Shown here one piece after another: positions 28,201-33,311 of a stretch of 33,311 bases of DNA (position 1 is its first letter; each line of letters opens with the position of its first letter). This DNA comes from Gemmatimonadota bacterium (GTDB lineage: Bacteria > 4572-55 > J002). The DNA lies in the NCBI GenBank assembly GCA_003697105.1, contig RFFQ01000192.1, positions 1 through 33,311 on the forward strand, given 5' to 3'. The notes under the pieces were generated by a model, which was given only the letters and a program-made list of their open reading frames with translations, made no database searches and had not been told where the DNA came from. The position numbers and the translations under genes are program-made.

Positions 28201-28569
28201 TACGGTCAACGAGACCCGGTTGTCGAATACAAAAAAGAAGCGTACAATATGTTTGTGGAATTGCTCGACCGAATTGACGAACAGATTGTCAGCAAGGTCA
28301 TGCGCTACCAGCCCCAAACCCAGAACAAACAGGTTTTGGAAAATCGCCGGCGAGTGGGAGAAATTTCCGCCCGGCACACCGACCGCACCGGTTCTGTCTT
28401 TCAGGAAGCCGCCAAAAAAACCCGCGTGGTGACCAATCGCAGTGGTGACGAAAAACCCCAACCGGTCAAACGTCAGGAACCCAAAGTGGGACGAAACGAC
28501 CCCTGCCCCTGCGGTAGTGGTAAAAAATACAAAAAATGTCACGGACGAAATCAGGCAGTAGCCACGTAA
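25225..28569 (+). CDS. secA: Preprotein translocase subunit SecA
   Basis: [66 protein letters not shown] motif [16 protein letters not shown] start. Confidence 0.98.
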   Translation: MLDKLLKTLFGTKFDREIKKIQPIVDEINRIYETLHDLSEEELVGKTAQFKQQINDACAEVRAQIAEVREELHITSSDSSGDSIEDLMEELKELEEEELAIIEEQLDAILPEAFAVVKEACRRMIGQKIMVTDTELTWDMIPYDVQLIGGIVLHQGKIAEMATGEGKTLVASMPVYLNALAGKGVHLITVNDYLARRDSEWMGALFKYLGLTVGCIQTHMPPHVRKKEYDADITYGTNSEFGFDYLRDNMAISMEERVQRTHHYAVIDEVDSVLIDEARTPLIISGVVERREHRYDVVSAPVRRLVKRQKELVGRFMREGKKLYEEDPQGNEYEAATKFLLVHRGDPKNKQLLKLYKENPAIQKTILAVEGDYMRDRRLSEIDDQLLYHIDEKGNGVVLSEVAYAELSPNDPDLFRLPDLSVELQEIEDNEDLSPEEKEAAKEKLHLEHADKSEKLHNIHQLLRAYALFEKDEDYVVQDGKVIIVDTFTGRLMPSRRFSDGLHQALEAKENVEIGEETQTLATITLQNYFRMYHKLAGMTGTAETEESEFYEIYKLEVIVIPTNEPIRRQDYDDVILRTKAEKFKAVLDEIEAVHKTGRPVLVGTISVDASESLSRLLKRRKIPHEVLNAKQHQREAEIVAKAGRNNAVTIATNMAGRGTDIKLEVYPDTKPADFIPYREWLNRESNLNKGVVNPECIAIRKTSLDSGKYAYKKDIPWCCVACAVKEECQKAAPGPTLCGKSERMFECVENMPCGLHIIGTERHESRRIDRQLRGRSGRQGDPGSSRFYLSLEDDLMRLFGSDRIANVMSRLKMEDGEVITHKWITSAIGKAQTRVEGRNFEIRKHLLEYDDVMNNQREVIYDRRLYALEGGNLRQDIIEKFQEQAKNIVLRHTDPNLHPEEWDWEALQLDFRRIFLLQFDDKLAEVVKNQADLMDKMAEVAKKIYEDKESRMDPAEARWLERIATISTIDELWRDHLYEIDQLKEGINLRAYGQRDPVVEYKKEAYNMFVELLDRIDEQIVSKVMRYQPQTQNKQVLENRRRVGEISARHTDRTGSVFQEAAKKTRVVTNRSGDEKPQPVKRQEPKVGRNDPCPCGSGKKYKKCHGRNQAVAT

Positions 28570-30167
28570 TGACACCATCAACAAATAACACCCCAACGCC
28601 CGTGCCAGATTTGGAATCCTTTCAAGCTCTGGTCAATATCGCCGGACTCCTTAATTCCGTGCTGGTTTTAGATGAAGTCCTCAAGCGGACAATGGATGTG
28701 GTAATCCAACTTACCGGTGCGGAACGGGGTGCCGTGATTTTGGTCTCCCCCCAGGGTGAACTGGATATGAAAGTACTCCGGAACTTGAGCCAATCCGACA
28801 TCGACGAAGCGGACTTTTTATTCAGCCGGAATATTCTTCAACAAGTAATTCAGAGCGGAAAACCAGCACTTAGCGTCAATGCCTGCGGTGAATCCCAATA
28901 CCAAGCGTTTGAAAGTGTCCTTTGCCTCAAATTACGCTCGCTCATGTGCGTACCGTTACGAGTCAAGGAGCGAGTCATTGGGGTCATCTACGTTGATAAC
29001 CGGCTTAAAGAAGGGGTTTTTCAGAAAAAAGACCTGACACTGCTTCAAACATGTGCCAACCAAGCGGCGATTGCCATTGAAAACGCCCGATTATACGAGG
29101 AGGTCTCCCACACCAAGCAATTCTTGCACGACATTTTGGAAGAGATGACCAGCGCCGTAGTCACAATCAATGAAGACGGTCTAATCACCAGTTGTAACGC
29201 CGTCTTTAAATCGATTTTTAACCTCACTCACCAAGACCTCATTCAGCAGCCAATAGAGGCATTCGAGACATTTGTCCCGCTATTGCCTATCGTACAAAAA
29301 GGTTTGGAACAGCACAAAACCGTATCTGGCGAAGATATTCGATTTCGGCAAGGTTCGGAGACACGCTATTTACAGGTGAGTTCCTCGCTAATGACAGAAA
29401 CAAAACATCGCCACACATTGCTATTGACCATCAATGATGTGACACAACAACGGCAGTTGGAAGTAACTCTGGCACGGACAGACCGGCTTACCGCAATTGG
29501 ACAGATGGTCGCCAGTATTGCTCACGAAATACGCAACCCGTTATCTTCGATCCGAGGTTTTTGTGATATTCTGATCCGGAAAATTGACCCAGAAACGAAA
29601 GAATACCGATTCATCAAACTGATTTCAGAAGAAACAAACCGGTTAAACGCCCTAACAAACGAATGGGTGGAATATGTGCGCGGGAACGACCTCAGATTCA
29701 AACCAACCAATCTAAATGAAGCCGTTCGGCAGGCCATCCGGTTGATGGAACACGAATTGTTATCGCATCGTATCCGCCTAAACAAAGACCTCACACCGGA
29801 CTTACCTCCCGTTTATGCCGATAAAAATAAATTGGTCCAAGCGCTGTTAGATTTGCTGATCAACAGCCAGCATGCGATTGATAATCCCGGTGGAACCATA
29901 ACCCTCCGTACTTTTATGATGAATGACCAAACCCCCCCTCGTGTCGCCATTGCTATCACCGATACAGGTTGTGGGATGACACCGGACGTACTGGATCGCA
30001 TCTTCGATCCGTTTTTTACCACAAAAAAAGAGGGTACCGGTCTGGGGCTGGCAATTGTGAACAGTATTATTAAAGACCATCTGGGGAAAATTGAAGTAAA
30101 AAGCCAGCCAGAACACGGTACGACCTTTACGATCTCACTCCCGATAATGCTACATGAAACCGGATAA
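28569..30167 (+). CDS. GAF-PAS histidine kinase (NtrB-like)
   Basis: GAF (RSLMCVPL..IGVIYVD..AAIAIENARL), PAS, AHEIRNPL, DTGCG, FFTTK..GTGLGL; TAATG overlap with secA. Confidence 0.92.
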   Translation: MTPSTNNTPTPVPDLESFQALVNIAGLLNSVLVLDEVLKRTMDVVIQLTGAERGAVILVSPQGELDMKVLRNLSQSDIDEADFLFSRNILQQVIQSGKPALSVNACGESQYQAFESVLCLKLRSLMCVPLRVKERVIGVIYVDNRLKEGVFQKKDLTLLQTCANQAAIAIENARLYEEVSHTKQFLHDILEEMTSAVVTINEDGLITSCNAVFKSIFNLTHQDLIQQPIEAFETFVPLLPIVQKGLEQHKTVSGEDIRFRQGSETRYLQVSSSLMTETKHRHTLLLTINDVTQQRQLEVTLARTDRLTAIGQMVASIAHEIRNPLSSIRGFCDILIRKIDPETKEYRFIKLISEETNRLNALTNEWVEYVRGNDLRFKPTNLNEAVRQAIRLMEHELLSHRIRLNKDLTPDLPPVYADKNKLVQALLDLLINSQHAIDNPGGTITLRTFMMNDQTPPRVAIAITDTGCGMTPDVLDRIFDPFFTTKKEGTGLGLAIVNSIIKDHLGKIEVKSQPEHGTTFTISLPIMLHETG

Positions 30168-30945
30168 ACTTCCCCTTTCGGTGGTGATTATCACCTTGAA
30201 CGAAGAAAAAAACCTCCCCCGTTGTTTGAAGCATGTGCAGTGGGCGGAAGAGATCGTCGTGGTGGATTCCGGTAGCACCGATCGCACGGTGGAAATAGCT
30301 CGGAAATACACAGATAAAGTTATTTACCACCCTTTTGAAAATTATGTTATCCAGAAAAATGTTGCCACCAAGCACGCTTCCTTCGATTGGGTCTTGTCAC
30401 TGGATGCGGATGAAGTTGTCACCCCAGAATTATACCAACAAATCAAGCGTATCTGGTTATCTCAAAAAGAACAATATCAGGGATTTACCGTCAATCGATT
30501 GAGTCAATTTTTGGGCAAATGGATCCGCCATAGCGGATGGTATCCAGACCGGAAAATCCGGTTGTTTCACCGCCATTATGGACGTTGGGTGGGAGATCAG
30601 GTCCATGAACACGTTCAAATAACCGGCAAAATTGGCCATCTCAACGCGGACTTGCTACACTACACGTATGATTCCATTGAGGATAATCTCAACCGGATGC
30701 AACGGTATGCCCAGCTTTCCGCACAAGAGAAATTCAAAAACGGGAAACAAACATCCGTTACGGATTTGACTCTGCGTCCGTTTATTAAATTTATCAAAGC
30801 CTACATTGTAAAACAAGGTTTCCGGGATGGGTTGCACGGGTTAGTACTGTGCCTGATGGGTTCATTTTATGTGTTTTTGAAATATGCAAACTTGTGGGAA
30901 CTTCATTTAGCCCCCAGAAAAAACCATGATACCACCTCCGGCTAG
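30154..30945 (+). CDS. Glycosyltransferase family 2 (WaaE/KdtX-like)
   Basis: ITLNEE, VVDSGSTD, LDADE, GWYPD, VHE, GFRDG. Confidence 0.9.
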   Translation: MKPDKLPLSVVIITLNEEKNLPRCLKHVQWAEEIVVVDSGSTDRTVEIARKYTDKVIYHPFENYVIQKNVATKHASFDWVLSLDADEVVTPELYQQIKRIWLSQKEQYQGFTVNRLSQFLGKWIRHSGWYPDRKIRLFHRHYGRWVGDQVHEHVQITGKIGHLNADLLHYTYDSIEDNLNRMQRYAQLSAQEKFKNGKQTSVTDLTLRPFIKFIKAYIVKQGFRDGLHGLVLCLMGSFYVFLKYANLWELHLAPRKNHDTTSG

Positions 30946-32038
30946 ACCTCTGCGCAGTTTGCACCTCAATTCTGCCAAAACGTGGCGTGGTGGAGAGCAA
31001 CAAACGCTATGGCTGTGTCAAGGTTTAACAGCACGGGGTCATACAGTGATTCTGACCTGCCCGTCCCACAGCGAACTACACCAACGTGCTTGTACGGCTG
31101 GTATTACCGTCGAACCTGTGGCAATGGGCGGTGAATGGGATTTATGGGCAGTTAAAAATATAACCCAGATTATCCGGCGACAACAACCGGATATCATACA
31201 TTGCCACACCTCCCATGCCCAAACGTTGGGGTTACTTGCCGCCCAAATCACAGGCGTGCCGGTGCGAATAGCGGCTCGACGTGTTGATTTTCATATCCGC
31301 AAACATCTACTGAATCGCTGGAAATATGGTAATGGTTTCAGTGCGATTATCGCCATTTCAGAAGGTATCCGGCAGGTATTAATTCAAGATGGCATTCCGC
31401 CGGAGCGGGTGGTCACCATCCATAGCGGAATCGATTTGCGACGAATTCAAACCGTTCATAAATCGAATCAAGTCCGTCAGGAGTTTGGACTTAACCCGAA
31501 CCAACTTTTGGTTGGAATTGTGGCAGCACTTGCTCCGCACAAAGATCATCAAAACTTCCTACGGGCAGCGGCGCATGTTAAAGCGGAATTGCCACAAACC
31601 CGCTTTTTGATTATTGGCGACGGAGAACTTCGCGATGAATTAGAGGCATTAACTCACACATTAGACCTTCACCAGCATGTCATTTTTACTGGGTTTCGCT
31701 CCGATGTGTTGGAACTTACGGCAACTCTAGACCTGTTCGTACTCTCATCGTATCTGGAGGGGATGGGCACCTCGATTTTGGATGCAATGGCATTGGGCAA
31801 ACCCATCGTAGCAACACAAGTGGGTGGTATTCCAGAGATTGTCCTGCATGGCAAAAATGGCTTGTTGGTACCCCCTCGCAACCCACTGGCACTGGCAAAA
31901 GCGATAATCACAATACTAAGTAATCCTCATTTAAGAGAGCAAATGAGCCATTTTAGCCGGGATCAGGTTCAGAATTTCACAGTCGAAAAAACAGTTGAAA
32001 AAACGGAGTCATTGTATTATCAATTAATCAATCGATAA
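30926..32038 (+). CDS. Glycosyltransferase family 4
   Basis: WRGGEQQ, GFRSDV, SYLEGMGTSILDAMA, VGGIPE. Confidence 0.9.
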   Translation: MIPPPARPLRSLHLNSAKTWRGGEQQTLWLCQGLTARGHTVILTCPSHSELHQRACTAGITVEPVAMGGEWDLWAVKNITQIIRRQQPDIIHCHTSHAQTLGLLAAQITGVPVRIAARRVDFHIRKHLLNRWKYGNGFSAIIAISEGIRQVLIQDGIPPERVVTIHSGIDLRRIQTVHKSNQVRQEFGLNPNQLLVGIVAALAPHKDHQNFLRAAAHVKAELPQTRFLIIGDGELRDELEALTHTLDLHQHVIFTGFRSDVLELTATLDLFVLSSYLEGMGTSILDAMALGKPIVATQVGGIPEIVLHGKNGLLVPPRNPLALAKAIITILSNPHLREQMSHFSRDQVQNFTVEKTVEKTESLYYQLINR

Positions 32039-32046
32039 GGATATTT

Positions 32047-32880
32047 ATGTCATATAAACAGTTCTTTCTCATTATGTTAGCATTACTTTTCGCCGGTGTG
32101 GAACCCACTGTGGCACAAAACCGGTCTGAATTTTGGAAAACACCCGGCGCACCCCCCCTCAAGACCCGTAAAGTCAATAACTGTGCGTTTGGTGTTGGCG
32201 AAAAATTGACATATTCCGTCAATTACGGAGTCATCAATGCCGGTTCGGCAACCGTTGAAGTTCTCAGCGATACAACGAGGATTGCGGGGCGTCCCAATTA
32301 TCATTTGGTCTCGATGGCAAAATCGAATAAGGTGTTTTCCCTCTTTTTTAAGGTGGAAGATCGCATTGATTCGTATCAGGATAAAGAGGGATTATTTACG
32401 TGGGAATCTCGTGTCCGCCTTCGCGAGGGAAATTACAAAGCCGATCGCTATTTTGTATTCGATCATTATGTGAAAACTGCGACTCGAAACAACAAGACCG
32501 TGACGAAAATTCCGGAATTTTGTACCGACGCAATGGGTACGTATTTTTATTTTCGGACACTTGAATTCGATGTCGGCGATACTATTTTCCTTCCGATTTA
32601 TGAAAGCCGTAAAGTGTATGAACTAGCAATTCCCATTGTTGGACGGGAAACCATCAAAGTGCCGGCAGGGACATTCGATTGCTATAAAATTATCCCACAA
32701 CTGGTTGAAAATGAAGCGGTTTTTCAAAGTAAAGGGCGCATGACACTATGGGTAACGGCAGATCAACATCGCTATTTGGCCAAAGTGGCAAGTGAAGTCA
32801 TTTTTGGCACCATTCACATCAATTTAACCGAGATTCAACCCGGTCAGATCGAATGTGAATCTCCGACAGAAAACGATTAA
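32047..32880 (+). CDS. DUF3108-domain exported protein
   Basis: Signal peptide; GEKLTYSVNYG..AG, FFKVED, GRETIKVPAGTFDCYK. Confidence 0.8.
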   Translation: MSYKQFFLIMLALLFAGVEPTVAQNRSEFWKTPGAPPLKTRKVNNCAFGVGEKLTYSVNYGVINAGSATVEVLSDTTRIAGRPNYHLVSMAKSNKVFSLFFKVEDRIDSYQDKEGLFTWESRVRLREGNYKADRYFVFDHYVKTATRNNKTVTKIPEFCTDAMGTYFYFRTLEFDVGDTIFLPIYESRKVYELAIPIVGRETIKVPAGTFDCYKIIPQLVENEAVFQSKGRMTLWVTADQHRYLAKVASEVIFGTIHINLTEIQPGQIECESPTEND

Positions 32881-32883
32881 AGC

Positions 32884-33168
32884 ATGATCACCACCGCCGA
32901 AATATATCAAAAACTGAAAAAGGGGATGGACGAGCCCCTCGCCCGAACGCTAGCAAAAATAATGGGACAATTTTATGTGGAACTCGAAGGAATAATCACA
33001 ACCACCGGCGAAATCGATCCAACTCCTGCCGGAAACGATAAAGTGAATGAAATATTCCTCGAATTGAATCAGGTGATGGATGAGAATGCCACACAAGAGC
33101 TAGCCACAACATTGGTGCAGGTCTATAATGAGCTCAAACAAATGATCATAACCCGTAAAATGTATTGA
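32884..33168 (+). CDS. Small hypothetical protein with an internal helical duplication
   Basis: 94 aa, 3 nt after the previous stop; two copies of EI...L...MDE.....LA....Q.Y.EL...I. Confidence 0.7.
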   Translation: MITTAEIYQKLKKGMDEPLARTLAKIMGQFYVELEGIITTTGEIDPTPAGNDKVNEIFLELNQVMDENATQELATTLVQVYNELKQMIITRKMY

Positions 33169-33212
33169 ATACCAGTTAGTTGCCAAAATCGATAAAAAAT
33201 AGATCATGTTAA

Positions 33213-33311
33213 ACAATACCTTCGCCAAAAGTGACCTTTTAGGCTGTATGAATAGCGCCAATTCCGGCGAGATGGTTTTTGACTTGTTGAATTAAAATTG
33301 GGTGAGCCAAT
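33213..33311 (-). mobile_element. Partial IS element end (second copy, inverted); putative transposase C-terminus LAHPILIQQVKNHLAGIGAIHTA* at 33239..33310 (-)
   Basis: Reverse complement of 1-99 with one substitution. Confidence 0.7.

Noticed and set aside
319-32473. Numerous 60-140 aa antisense or alternate-frame ORFs in the track
   Set aside because: They lie within well-supported genes and have no motifs or ribosome-binding sites.

Overview
About 33 kb of mostly ordinary chromosome from a diderm bacterium. The long SecA with an N-terminal insert, the carboxypeptidase-regulatory-domain TonB-dependent receptor and DUF3108 suggest an FCB-like lineage, but this is inference only. Both window ends carry the same ~99-bp sequence in inverted orientation, which reads as the 3' end of an IS transposase plus its terminal repeat; the window is probably a contig broken at a multicopy IS. 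Gene content, in order: heptaheme cytochrome c-TPR lipoprotein, eukaryotic-type (duplicated) phosphofructokinase, glutamine synthetase, P1B-type ATPase, 2H-fold protein, adenine deaminase, two hypotheticals, tRNA-Arg/Leu/Cys, YjbQ, receiver-HisKA protein, crotonase, ABC substrate-binding lipoprotein, UbiA-family phosphoribosyltransferase, CDP-alcohol phosphatidyltransferase, degenerate MNT, TonB-dependent receptor, LbH acetyltransferase, HAD hydrolase, cNMP-histidine kinase, and a secA-kinase-GT2-GT4-DUF3108 operon. I could not support a complete new multi-gene system: there is no CRISPR array, prophage or defence island. The best leads are a 90-aa, 8-Cys insertion in the SecA variable region, a telomere-like (GGGTTTA/GGGATYA)n tract in the predicted glnA 5' leader, the inverted IS ends, a CDS whose stop codon lies in the tRNA-Arg anticodon loop, and two structured intergenic regions.
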